Below, piece by piece: positions 45,638 through 58,263 of a DNA stretch of 64,000 nucleotides; position 1 is the stretch's first letter, and each line of letters opens with the position of its first letter. The notes below the pieces were generated by a model, which was not told the origin of the DNA, ran no database searches, and was given only the letters and a program-made list of their open reading frames with translations. A program made the translations under genes and the position numbers. Origin of the DNA: Microbotryum violaceum (taxonomy: Eukaryota); the NCBI GenBank assembly GCA_001244265.2, contig CDLV01000005.1:372001-436000 (forward strand), given 5' to 3'.

Positions 45638-46404
45638 GGTCCTCGTCGTCGTCGTCGTCGTCGTCGCGACTGAGCCCGGTCCGCGTTGCTGTAGATCAAT
45701 CGAGCTGGCCAGCTGCGCAATCCTGCGAAAGCTTTTAAAACTCTGAGTTTGCTGTCGTCCCCAACAGCCAAGAAGCGAACAAGGGGCGTTCTTTGACAAG
45801 TCGCCTCCGTGCGACCCGAGTGTGCCTTGCTGAGGCAAGAGTGGGTCGAGGCTCAAGAGAGGACCGGCACCGCGCCAGCGAGGGCGCTAGCTGCTGCAAT
45901 TCCGGCGTCAATTTGGGCCCATTTTTTTAGTGCATCAAAGTGGTTTGTGATGTCCCGCGACTTTGCTGCTATCCCCCCGATCTCCTCAAACTCAGAAACA
46001 ATATGCCTCGTCGGTTCAGGAAGAACACACCAAATTCTAGTGGCAATATATCTCGGAAGTCATCCGGGAAACCGCCAAGCGTGCCGCGCGGCCGGACTCG
46101 CAGAATTTCTACTTCAGATCTGGCAGTGACAAGTTTTCCGAAGGCCAAGCAAATGCCCCAGCTCAATTTTGAGCTTGTTTGCGCAAATGGCATTGATCGC
46201 ACATAGATGCATAGAACTACAACATCAGACATCTCCGATTAGCCCCTGTTGCTCCTAGCCTATTCCGCCAAGCACCGCACTGAAGAAGATTAGCCAGCCC
46301 AAGTCCAAGTCCAAAAAGGATCCCGGACATCACCACATCATCATATATCGCACGGTGCGTCGTCGCTCATCCGTGTGAACGGGACGAGCAAACTCCTCCT
46401 CATC

Positions 46405-49340
46405 CTAGCCTGACGTAGCGAACAGTCTTGTCGCCGTTGCCAGTTCGTCCTGCATCAACTTGGCGAGCTATCGGTAGCAAACGAAGTTCAGTCAGCAATT
46501 CCTTGCCCACCCACGCCTGAACTCAGGAAGAACCATGCACTCACCCTAGTCGTGACCTTCTTTTTCTCCAACACCTGCACGCATCTCTCCGCCTCTCTCC
46601 CGATTCTCCGTTCCCACTCATCCTTCCTACCTCTCTCTCCCCCCTCCCCCTCCCCTTCTTCGATCCCCTCCACCTCCCTCCTCACCTCCTTCAACTCATC
46701 CACTAACTCCTTTCTCACCGAATACGGTCTATGATGTAACTCGTGATACGTCTGCGACCTCGAAGCGCAAAACTTGCCGAGATTAAAATCGAGCGTTTGG
46801 GAAGCATCGACGAGCAACTTGAGTGCCTTCTCGCTGTGGTTGTCATTTTCCAATGCGAGTTGGTGCACGAGTTGTTTCCGCGCTTTGCGGTTCAAGGGAG
46901 AGAGTGTTTTGTGGTCGTAGGCTTCACCTGAGAGTTCGGCACGGAAGATGGACGCGCGATGACGACCCATCACACAAGCATCGCAAGACGTCGCTCGTAA
47001 AGCATCGTCAATCTCGTGCAGGATGAAGGTGGGGCGAACCTTGATCGCTGCGCGGAAAACGGGGGTCCATGCCGAGGACCCGAGAAGGGAGTTGAGGTGG
47101 TCGCGATATATCTCGTGCACTTTGTTGTGCGCCTCGAGCATCTCCTCGTCGGCGAGCCAATCGATCTCGGGGGCGATGATGGATCGTACGATCCATGACA
47201 GAAAAACCTTATTAGTATATTAGGCTGGAGCGGGTCAGCTCGATCAAACAACAGACCCCACACGCCATCAAGGTGGACCCACCTTGAAATGATACATCGG
47301 ACCCTGGGACTTGCCAAGCGTTCGGCGTCGAATGTCTTGCACGAGCGCTCGGTCCGTCTCACTTTGGTCGTCCTCGTCTTCGTCGACGATGAAGCCGGGG
47401 ATATCCGCATCCAGGTCCGTGGTCTGACCGTTCTGAGTAGAATAATCCTCGCCTTCGTCCGTGTCTTCGTCTTTATCTTGAGCATCTTCCTCCTCAGAAG
47501 CTCCCAGGTAAGATCGTGCGACATGGTGCGTCGACGCCGGCTCGTCATTGTCCGAGTCGACGACCCTGCGTTTTCGCCGCATACTCTCGTACCGTTTCTC
47601 TGTTGTCAATCCAACGTTAGCCGTCAGCTAGGTAATCTCAAAACATCATCCTGGAGGACTCACGCTCTCGCTCCATTCTCAATTTGGCAAATTTGCTGAT
47701 CTTGTTACTTCCTCGTCGTGCATCGTCCGGAAGCATCGTTTCTTCACCACTGAGCTCGAGATCGTCCTCGTCTCCCGAATTGGTCCCGTCGTCGTCTTGT
47801 TGCTGTGAGCCGCCGTTGTTGCCGTCACCCTCCGATTCACTCTCAGAACCCGACGAAGGGGTCGGGGTTCGTATGGATCCCTTCTTCGCTTTTTCCCTCT
47901 TTGGAGAGCCTCGACCACTCTTCTTCCCAGACGAAGACCGAACAGGCTCGTCATCGTCATCGTCATCTTCATTGACGATAAACGCTTCATCACTCTCATT
48001 CTCACTCTCTTCGTCGTCGGACCGCTTCCTCTCCCTCTTCTTGGCCACCTCCTTGACGCTCTTGCGTTTAGAGGATGGAGTAGTCGAAGGAAACCGACGA
48101 CGAGGCGGAGACCTGGTAGAGAGCACTTTCTGCTTCTTGGGTTGAGGGACCGAGGTGATGATGCGTCGATGACCCACGGACTCTTCACTGATCTCTGACG
48201 AGCTTGTTGACGCCGGGCGTTTGCGAGACGACGCCGTAGCCTTGGTTTGAGTACGACGAGCACTTCTGGTAGAAGATCGGGGCAAGACGTCCTCTTCCTC
48301 CGTTTTTGATTCAGTGCCGGACTCGGATTCGACGACCCTCTTCCTGCTTGACGACAACTGCGAACGAGCTGTGGGCGTAGGTCGACTCTTGAGCACCGCT
48401 TCCGAGCTTCCAGAAGAACTCTCGCTCGCTTCCTCGGCCTCAGAGTCAAAGAGGTACGCATCGCACTTGGATTGGGATCGTCTTGGATTGTGTCCCTCTT
48501 CTTCCTCGTCGTCGTCGTCTTCTTCCGGATCCTCGGTACCCGATCCCGAACTGGATAGCACCAAAGTCTCAAGCGGCGGAACCTTTTTGCTCGGCGAGGC
48601 CATGACCGATCTCGGCGTTTTCGTGGGTGACGAAGCAACACTGGATTTTTTGGTCGGCGACGAGAAGCGAGAGTTGTCGACCCATACGCAGTCGAAGAGG
48701 GAAGTGCTTCGTGATCGTCCTCTACTACCCTCCGCACCGAGGTCGGCTTTTCGGGGGGAGCTATGTGGTCGTTGTGTCGTTGAAGGGAGAGGTGTTGGAT
48801 CCGACTGGTTATCGTCGTCGTCTCCGTCGTAGGGCAATTCGATGACTCGTTTCCGGCGTTGAGGACTTGGTCTTGACGGTGGAGTCTGCTTCGAGCCGAG
48901 TCAGGAGATGAGCCCCTGGACCCTCGACGCTTCAGCCATTCCCCCAAGTCATGACGTACCTCTGCCTTTCCCTTGCCCTTCTTCCGCGACCTCGCAGTAT
49001 CTACCTCGCTGTCATTCGACTCCTCTCCACTCTGACGGCCTTCCAAGAGCTTTGGCCCTTCATCGTCGCTCGCGGAAGAGGCAACGCTCTCTGCCGTTCT
49101 TGACGCCACGAGATCCGTACCATCGACTAGACCCCTGGCATCACGATAAACGATACGGGAGGCAATCTGCCGCCCGGTCTGAGTCGAGGGAGCCTTAGGG
49201 AAGCCCCAGACGTCGAAAGAGCGTGAGGAGGAGGATGGATTGCCCACGCGGTTGGGAGTGGTGGATAAGCTGGGGGAGCTGTAGGAGAGGGAGTGGTCGT
49301 CTTGGATATTGAGCTGCATTTGGCGAGATGGGCCTCCCAT
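46405..49340 (-). CDS. Low-complexity acidic/Ser-rich protein with a C-terminal DUF4211-like Cys/His domain
   Basis: The ORFs are joined by plausible GT-AG introns (for example 48887-48959). The C-terminus reads SSAWTPVFRAAI, CDAC, LSGEAYD and LGKFCASRSQTYHELHH. Confidence 0.7.
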
Positions 49341-50367
49341 CCCTGCGGGACTGTTGTCGGTAGCTTGGAGGAAAGGAGGAAGGGGTCGAGACCGTCACCA
49401 CCACGACCAGCCCGAAAGGGGCCCGTGCGCGCCCGTTAGCTTCCGTTCGACTGCTGATGCATGCTGACGTGCTGACATGCTGACAGCTGCCGCTCGGCCC
49501 CGCTCGGCGAGCGGCGCGCCACGTGCTGTGCAGAGTCGCCGATTTTCAGTCGCTGCGGTCGCTGCGCATGCGGAGGAACGTCATCAATTCGGATTATGAC
49601 TTGCGACGGACTAGCCTACGCAAACTATACGCGGGAATTTGTCAAAATCTCCACGCTGAATGGCAGTTTTTTGGGTAGGTCCTACATCCCGTTCAGGCCG
49701 AATACTTAAACATGCCGCACGGATGGCAATGCAAGGCCCACTGCACCGAGCGGCGATCAAAGCCGCGCCAAGATGGAATAGTACAAGATGTGTAGGCGGT
49801 CCAGCAAACGGGTCCAGTACCAGACGAACCTTCTCAACCCACCGCATTCTTGCCATGAATCTAGCAACCCCAACCCCTGAGCTCGCCTTCGCCGGAACTT
49901 GAAGGGCTAGTACGACCAATGGCTTAGCTCGAAAGGACCGCCGAGCGGTGAGTGAGGCAATGAGAAACAGACAAAACGACAGCTAGTCTACCGCACCGCG
50001 TAGACCGAGGTTGTCTCAGTGAAAGAGGAACGGCTTGGGGCCTAAGGCTTTGGTGAGTTCCATTCGGGTCCTATTTTCGGGCCCTCGTTTCCACTCATTG
50101 GCAGGAGTTGGCGTCGACGCGCCGGCACTAGTGGTTGCTGCAGGTACCGTGTGCGATCTTCTGGCATAATTATCTTGCATCTCCTTCTCAACGAGCTCGA
50201 TCCGCCATCTCTGTAAGCTCTCTTTGAGACATTCCGTATTCTAGAAATCCTCTGCCTGGCCGACACAGCGCTAGTGATAGACGCTAGCTTGTCTGCACTG
50301 ACTGCAGCCCCTGACTTGGCGGCAGTAGTGGCCGGTCGTTACGCGGAAATCGAACCCACTGCAGCCT

Positions 50368-50772
50368 CTACTGCCTTCGACGCCCGCCTCTTGCTCCTCC
50401 CACCCTCAACTTCATCCTCTCCTCCAGTACCACCCTCCTTCTTTCCAGGCTTTCCAACCTCGTCCCGAGCTTCTGCATCCTCCATCTCCCACTGCTGATC
50501 GCATCCAAGACCATCCCCGTGAAGATCTCCATTGTCCTGCCCGCCCCTTCCTGATCGCTGAGTTTGGCCTTGAGCTTGGGGAAGCCAAAGAGTCGTTGCA
50601 GTGTCGTGTAGTGGGCGTCCTCGATCGTGTCACACCGGAGTGCGTCGCACAGCACTCCCCTCGCCGCGATCCAGACGTTTCGCGAGTCGAAGCAGGCGTT
50701 TCGCAGACGAGGCACGCGGGAGAAGTGTCGTGCTTTTGCTCGTGCTGGAGCTTGCGCGTCGGGGTGAAGCAG
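50368..50772 (-). mobile_element. Degenerate 3' remnant of a related LINE ORF2 (zinc-finger region)
   Basis: FTPTRKLQHEQKHDTSPACLVC aligns by eye with VTPTRKRQHTQGHASSPTCLFC of the larger element. The similarity continues in another frame. Confidence 0.75.
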
Positions 50773-50999
50773 TTTTTTTTGGTATGAAACTCATCGCTAA
50801 TTTGCAAGACGAAAAAAAACCTTACGGAACTAAAGGAGATGCTGCCCAGTATTGCTGCCCAGTATGCACGATGATGACCACAACCGCCGCTCGATACGTT
50901 GTAACTAGCAGAACAGACCAACCCGATACCTCCGAGTTCAAGTCCCCCCACCCACGGTTGGAATGAAAGGACGACTGAAAATAATACACAAGGATTCGG

Positions 51000-53900
51000 A
51001 AGCCTTTTTTTCTGTGTCGACATTTGTTATTCTATTTTTTGGATTTTTTTTTGGACATTTTTTTTTTCTTTCATATATATATATATATTGTAGAAAACGT
51101 TCATTATATCGCCCCCAGTTCCTGTTCCCCCTGTTTTGGCCTACGAAAAACTAGATGGAAGACTACGATGATAACACAAACCGCCCGCAAAAGTGCGAGA
51201 AACGAGCCAAGTCCACTTTTTTTTTTTTGTTTTGACTGGGGCTCATAAATTGCAATCCTTCGGGTTGGCTGGGACCGCTACAAAAAGAGCTAAAGGAGGT
51301 TATAAAGCAACGACGGCAAGCAGTTGGGTGAAAGTCAAACCCCTGCGCGCAAAGAGCGCTGCGCAGGTCAAAACCCGCCGAGCACCTAACGCGGACTCCA
51401 ACGGGCGGTGAGTACTGCTGCCGCTTCACGTCCCAAGAGCGGGAGCAAAGACACTCGAAAACCAGGCAAGAGCGCCTAGAGAAAGAAGGGGGAGAGTATA
51501 CAGAAAGTCACAACTGGGGATACGGAGAACCAGGAATACTAAGACAGAGAGGAGGGGAACACACCCGAGGGGCCAAGGGAGGGGGTCGAAGCCGGAGGTA
51601 GAGGTCCCCAGGGACTAACAGGCCGCAGCCAAGCCCCAGCTACTCGTCACCCCGACAGCGCCTGATGTCCTCCCTTGGCTAAATCTCGAGTGCTGGCTGT
51701 TGAGCCGTCGGGGCCGAGAGAAAAGCGATCCAGTACAACGAAACGAGCCTCGCCTTGACGCGAGGATATTGACCAGAAACGAGCGACCTTCCTTCCCGAG
51801 CCATGCCGTAGATCTTGACCGACGCGAACGAACGAACCATTCAACGGAATCCAACACACGGCTTAGGAGTAAAAGGAGAAGTGGCTGAAGCGTAGTCAAC
51901 AACCGAGCAACAGGAACGAGAAGAGGAAGGGAAGGGAAAAAGGGGGGGAAAGGAGAGGGAAAAACTTCACAAAGCCTCCAACGCAAAGACAATCGACCTG
52001 GCTTGCCGATCCATCCAAGAACAAAAAACCGCTACTGCGCAAAGTAGAGAGAGAGAGGGAGAGGTGCGCAGCCTTCCACTGCGCAACAAGTTCCAAGACA
52101 GTCAGCTCACAAAAGAGGAGTCGACCTCCGAAAAAGAAGGGAGGAAAGGAGGGGAGGAAAATGGGAAGGAAGGACTTAATCGGTCATCACACCTCCCAAT
52201 CTCGAGCCCCAGGCACAAAACCCGCTCGAGAGAGAAAATCTCGCTCGAACGCTCTGAGTGCACTGGGGAGCGAGGGAGGGGCCACGACCTTGTCCAGCTC
52301 GAACCGCTGATGAACGCGCCAGCGGAGCAGGTGCAGCCGCTGGAAGCCGATCGCGCAGGCCAGCCGAACCCACATCCATCTCGAGGTCGTTCTCCCACGA
52401 CCCCGCAAAAGGGGGAGCCCCATAGTCAGCTGCTCCGGAGTGAACGTCGACGGATCGACGTCGGTATCCTCGATGCCCAGCTTGTCGAACAGAATGCGAA
52501 GCACCCCACCCCAGAAGCTGGTCGAGTACGCGCACTCGAAGAAGTAGTGCGACACCGTCTCGATGACCGCTGCATCGTTGCCGCAGAACAGACACGTCGG
52601 CGAAGAGGCATGACCCTGAGTATGCTGCCTCTTGCGCGTCGGCGTCACGTCGTACATGAGCCGCCAGTGGGTGTCCTGCTCCACAGCAGACGCAAACCGG
52701 TCATGAAGCCATCTCCAGAAGCGCTTCCTATCGCTCTGAGAAGTCCCATCACGGAAACGCTTGACACGATCCTCCCTCCCTGGGAACCGAACCACGTTCA
52801 CAAGCCGACGAAGCTTGCGAATAGTGAACGGTCGGGTGAGCCCAAAGAAGTTGAAGCACCGAGGACGGGGAGCCTCCTTGAGAGGTATCCGAGCAGGTCG
52901 CAACGCGGTCTTGGGCAGCAAGGCTTTCGCCTTGAGCAACTGACCCACGCGCGACCACACGTGCTCGTGCTGTAGGGCGGGTTCCTTAGAGTGTTGCCAG
53001 AACCCGCATCGATGACCAACCAGAGCCCAGCCCTTCCCTTCGTCCCTCCAGTACAGGTCCGCGATCTGCGCAAACTTCGCCACTGCGTCCGCATCGTCAT
53101 ATGCGTGCTTGGCACCTTCAGCATAGAGTGAAGGGAGGCGAGGCGGAAGCGAGAGCAATTCGGGGAGCGTAAGGAGTTCGGACTTGATGGTTGGAACTGT
53201 GACCCTGGCAGCTGCAACGACTGCCCCCCAGCGCGTCGAGTCGCGATACAGCTTCTCGACCCGAGCCGTGCTGCTGAAGAACCCCCACGGACTGAAATCG
53301 CGGGTCGCAGCGACGAGGGACCTCCAGCTCTCGCGAGCTAGGGGCGCCCAGATCGCCTCGTTCGAGCCCGCCACAGCATCCCAAAATCGAAGCGCCACCG
53401 AATGAACGATGTCGCCGATTGAAATCAAGCCCAAGCCACCGTCCTCCCGAGCCTGGAACACGAAATCGCGAGCGACGGTATTTCGCCCTGCTCCTCCCCA
53501 AACAAAATCCGTAAGTGCTGTCTCCGCCGCCTTAATGAACCATTGAGGCGGTATGTCGAAGGACAGCACGTGGAGGACCGTCGAGATGATGTGAGCGTTG
53601 GCATAGAAGACCTTCCCACTCGGCGAAAGTGTCCGGTCTCCAGCGGCGCGGGTCTTGGCCTTGATCCTGTCAAGAACATGGGTCCAAAACAGTTTCGAGT
53701 CACCGTGGCGAAAGAAGGCATAGCCGCACCACTTGAAGCTCTCCCCCTCCTGCACCGTTGGCAGCGCCTGCGCAGTCTCGTCCCGAAGCCAGTTCGGTCC
53801 GAGTGGTAGCACCAGCGTCTTGTCCGTGTTGGTCTTCCCGTTGGTTGCCTCGTACCACGTCTGCGACAGCGTTTCCAGCTTCGACAATGCCGCCGGTGAC

Positions 53901-55440
53901 TCCACTACCACCACAGCATCGTCGGCAAACGCCAGATGCGTAAGCTGCGCACGCGGCCCCCTGGCCACACCTTCTGCAGGTCGAGCGCGATCCCACGCCG
54001 AACGAGGGCGTCGAGGAAGGGCTGGAACGTGATGTTCCAAACCGGGCACGAGAGGGGATCCCCCTGACCGAGACCACACAGCAACCGCACCAACTCCGTG
54101 GGGAACCCATTGATGAGGTAGCGCACCCCCAGAGTCTCGGGATCGTACAGAGCGCGCAGCAGGGAAATGAAACGCTCACCAAAGCCAAAGGCCTCGAAGA
54201 CGTCGAAGATCCATGCGTGATCGACCCGATCGTACGCGCTCTGCTGATCCAAGGACAAGAGGGCGCCCTCTGGGAAAACATCAGTACCGAGTGATCGGAG
54301 TTTTTCGAGAAGGAGAGTGAGATGACTTCCCGCGTCCGCTGAACGTCTTGATGGCATGAACCCGTGTTGCGCCGGCGGCAAAAGCTCGCCGAGCACCCCA
54401 TTGAGTCGCGCCACCAAGACCTTGCTGAGGACCTTGTAGGTTGTCTCGCGCAGTGTGATCGGTCGATATGCCCCCAGTGATTTCAGATTGGCCCCCGGTT
54501 TGTTCTTGGGCAAAAGCCGCACCAGCCCCTCTGCCAAGGACGCCGTCATTTTACCCCCCTCCCAAATCGAGTTGAACAAATCCAACAGCTTGGGAGCAAA
54601 GTAGGTTGGCAGCGCCTTGAAAAGCTCATACGGAATGCCCGAAGGCCCCGGTGATCGCCCTGAATCCGTCTTCTTCAACGCCGCTTCGACCTCGGAAAGG
54701 TTGAAGGGATCGTCAAGCGCCACTCTGGCTTGAAGGGGCAGCCGACGACCGAACGTAGGGTCCGAGCGGTCGTCATCGTAGCATTTCGCCGCGCGAATAG
54801 GGTCGAGCAGGGACCGACGTGGGTTCGTCGGGTCGCCACGAGCTGGGTCCGGCGTGAAGAGCGACTGTGCGTGCCGTGAAGCAATGCCCAGCGCCTCCTG
54901 CATGTCAACGGTCTCGGTGCCATCCACATCCTCCAGCGAGACGATGCTCGTCTGGCGACTCCGGCGGTTGAGACGCGTGCGAATGCTTGCCGATTGACCT
55001 TCCCTCGAGTCGACTGACGGCACATGCGCACGAATGCGCAGCCACTGAGCCTCCTTTACCGCCAACTGGTCCAACCGCGACTTGGCAAAAGCATACGCAT
55101 CGCGCTCGGCCTCATTCATGTGCTCACCGCGTGCCTCCAAAGCCTCCATGACGGATTGGCTCTCGGCCCGCAGTCGGCGCATGTCGGCACGAGTCGAGCG
55201 GTATCGTGCATGGCCAGCGACTGCAACCGCCCGCAGAGCGGCGTCATAGACGTCGCCGAGCGGAGCGGTCCCCTCGAGCCTTCGATAGACCTCGTCGACG
55301 ACCCCGGGAATCGATGCGACAAAGTCTTGATCGTCAAAGACCGTTGGGTTGAGCCTCGAAATGAAATCGCTCGTAGAGGGAAGAGAAAGGCTACGCGGAG
55401 CGCGGCAGTGATCGCGGGGACTGCGATGCGGTGTGTCCAC
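51000..55440 (-). mobile_element. 5'-truncated non-LTR retrotransposon (L1/Tx1-like LINE) with ~1 kb 3'UTR; 3' boundary approximate
   Basis: ORF2 with RT and zinc-finger motifs. T-rich runs at 51005-51070 and 51216-51233 are candidate tails. Confidence 0.88.
52187..55440 (-). pseudogene. LINE ORF2 (end of endonuclease, RT, CCHC zinc finger) with one frameshift near 53960 and no N-terminus
   Basis: RSPGPSGIPYE, YRPITL, QHGFMPSR, LDQQSAYDRVDH, GLGQGDPLS, AFADD and CLFC..ETVSHYFFEC. Confidence 0.9.
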
Positions 55441-55526
55441 AATTTTTTTTTTGTATGAAAGTCACGTGACCTGTCAATGGTGATATGTAGTCACATACAC
55501 TACGGGTCAATACGCATTCTAGCGTA

Positions 55527-55598
55527 GTGGCGGGGGCGGGACGGTACCGCGGGCGCCTGCAGAGCGTCAGATCATGGGTTCGACTCCCATTCGCCACT
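55527..55598 (+). tRNA. tRNA-Cys(GCA), intronless, with an atypical D-arm
   Basis: Cloverleaf: acceptor GTGGCGG/TCGCCAC, D stem GCGG/CCGC, anticodon stem GGCGC/GCGTC with loop CT-GCA-GA, T arm ATGGG-TTCGACT-CCCAT, and U discriminator. Confidence 0.8.
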
Positions 55599-55606
55599 TT
55601 TTTTTT
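55598..55606 (+). terminator. RNA polymerase III oligo-T terminator
   Basis: A T9 run immediately follows the tRNA 3' end. Confidence 0.8.
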
Positions 55607-55951
55607 GAGGCTCGACCCGATCTTTTCGCCTGACGTCAAATGCACAAAAAACGAAGCACGGGGTCTTCCTGACTATAGCAACAGAGCGGGTGTTTTTTTC
55701 TTACTGGACAGATGGCCCTTTGTGGCACATCCGAGCCGTCCGAAAAAGCTCTTTTGCAGATGCAACGGAGGAAAGCAGGTGCCAGTTGAATTCCTACGGA
55801 CCACTACGGACTGGAAGCGCCGCTCCACATTACGCCGTCTCTTGCCTCGTGCCCCCTCAGTCTCACCCGCTCCGCCTCGCACACTCTTCTCCCAGTCTCT
55901 CCAAAGCGAACGCACCCTCGGAACACGAGTCAACGAAGGAACAAGGACCAA

Positions 55952-58263
55952 ATGAGTCAAGGTCAGCCTTGCCCCTTCTGTGCGAGACTGACTGGGCAAT
56001 CCCGGGGAAGGCTGACTTTCCCGAACGAGCTTCATTAATTCGATTTAGACGAATCCGCCTCCGAGGCCCATCGGCTGTACCGTGCTGTGCCAGGTCAGTC
56101 CACCTTCCTACCACAACAGCGGTGAATCCCATCGTATTCAAGCCGTCTTGCCTCTCTACCCCTCTATCCTCTGCTCTTGGACCTCGGCGACAGGCCACGA
56201 ACCACGTCATGGAGCAATGCAGACCGACTCGGCCCGATCTGACGACCGTCATCCCGTAAATGGCGTCGTCGCACCCGCCTCGACGGGGGTCATGTACGTC
56301 TCAGAGCGTGCAGCTGCTAATGGGTGGTCACCCTTGAACGAAGGTGTGAGTACTGGGCGATCTCTCACGACTAGCAGAAGCAAGACCGAGGACCTGACTC
56401 TTTGGAGATGGGGTTGCTCCTTTCTCGTTCGTTTCTTCACAAGTGGGCCAACTTCGTCAGTAAAATACACACAAGGTCTTTTTCAGCAGACGGGGACCCA
56501 ACCTCTGACCACGGTTTGGGTCGAGTTCTTACAGGGTCAGGGAGCTCCAGAAGTCGGAGATTTGCCCGGCGCACCTCCTCGACCCCAGGTCATCGACATG
56601 TCCAAGATGGCGAGTTTCCCATCTCCACGGCGGACCAGTCATCACGTCCATTAAACCTAACGGATGTCTTCATCTCGACACTACCAGGGAGCCGACGTCC
56701 ACGAATACGCGCCTACGACCGGTGTGCGAGAACTGCGCGCCGCCGTCGCTCACCTCTACAACGAAACGCACCGAAAAGGCAAAACAAGCCAGTACACTGC
56801 CGACAACGTTGCGATCGTACCCGGTGGTCGAGCAGGATTGACCCGCGTCGCTAGTATCATTGGAGAGGTCTACGTTTCTTACCGTGAGTTACTAAGGAAA
56901 GGCAGATTCGAGAGCGAGAGAGAGAGAATGATTGAGTGCGGTCAACTAACGAGTGCTTCCCTTCGTAGAGGTCCCCGAGTACACTGCGTACGATCAAATG
57001 CTGTCGTCATTCCGCAAACTCGTGCCCATCCCGAGCATGCTCGATGTGGAAGATGCCTACCACCTTAGTGAGCCCGGGCAGGCCCAAACTTTCGAGCCTT
57101 GAGTTGAGGATGGCACCTCTTTAATGCGTAGACATCGATAAGCTCAAAAAGAACATCAAAAACCAAGGCCTGAGCGTCGTCGTCGCTTCGAACCCGCGCA
57201 ACCCGACGGGGCAGGTCATCCATAGCGAGGAGCTTGAGCAGCTCGTTGACCTCGGACGTCAAGGGACGACGATTATTCTTGATGAGGTGGGTCTGACGGA
57301 GGGAGAGACGCCTGCAATCCGATCACAGTGGGGACGACTAATATTCCTTGTGTGTGGAGCCCGCAGTTCTACTCAATGTACCAGTACGAGTTAGGAGAAG
57401 GCGCCGTTGTCTCGGCCGCCAAATACGTCGAGGACGTTGAAAAGGACTCGGTCATCATCGTGCGAGCCAACTAACTCACGGCTGTAGGGAGCGCTCCGAG
57501 TTTGATCCTTCAAGTTCTTTGAGCGCACAGATTGACGGTCTCACCAAGAACTGGCGTCTTCCTGGATGGCGTGTCGCCTGGGTTATCGGACCCAAAGCGC
57601 TCGTCACCGCCCTCGGTTCAGTCGGAGGTTACCTCGATGGTGGGGCGAACCACGTCTTGCAAGTGGCCGCGATACCTTTGATGGAGCCTTCTCGGGTCGA
57701 ACAAGATCGTTTGGCCTTACAAAGACATTTCAAAGCCAAGAGGGACCATGTGCTCGAGCGACTCGAACGTATGGGCTTGCCGGTCAAACACAAGCCGACG
57801 TCGACATTTTATGTGAGTTGTCCGCAGTCGCCTCGCATCAGATTAGCTTGAAGCGCGAAACTGACAGCGTGTCCCATGTTCCTTTCATAGATCTGGCTCG
57901 ATCTCTCTTGTCTCCCCGCACCATTGGATGGTGGTCTTGTCTTCTTCGAAGAGTGCCTCAAAGAACGCGTCATCGTCACTCCAGGAATCTTCTTCGACCT
58001 CAACCCGGCCGTAAGACGAAACCTCCACGATTCACCCTGTCATCATTTTGGTAAGTCCTCTCGAGACCTCCAACTGTCTCTAGAATTCAATGAGGTACTG
58101 AGGCCTGCGAATCTATCCTGCAGTCCGACTCTCGTACGGCCCGCCCTTGGAAGAGATCGATCGAGGTTTGGACGCGATCGAAAGGTTGCTAAATCGCGTT
58201 CGAAAGGCCATCAAGGGTGGGGACAGTTTGTTCGATCATGTCGATAAGGATCTGAAGCAATGA
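55952..58263 (+). CDS. PLP-dependent aminotransferase class I/II, multi-exon
   Basis: STGVMYVSERA, GQGAPEVG, YAPTTGVRELRAAVA, VPGGRAGLTR, SNPRNPTG and DGLTKNWRLPGWRVAW (PLP lysine). The start was inferred from short 5' exons. Confidence 0.9.

Noticed and set aside
47638-49340. Apparent frameshift between two overlapping long ORFs
   Set aside because: It is explained by a GT-AG intron at 48887-48959 with a CTGAC branch site.
50868-50980. ATGATGA...CTGA boxes and a B-box-like GAGTTCAAGTCC between the LINE pieces
   Set aside because: There is no cloverleaf, terminal stem or identifiable rRNA guide, so I cannot support a snoRNA or tRNA call.
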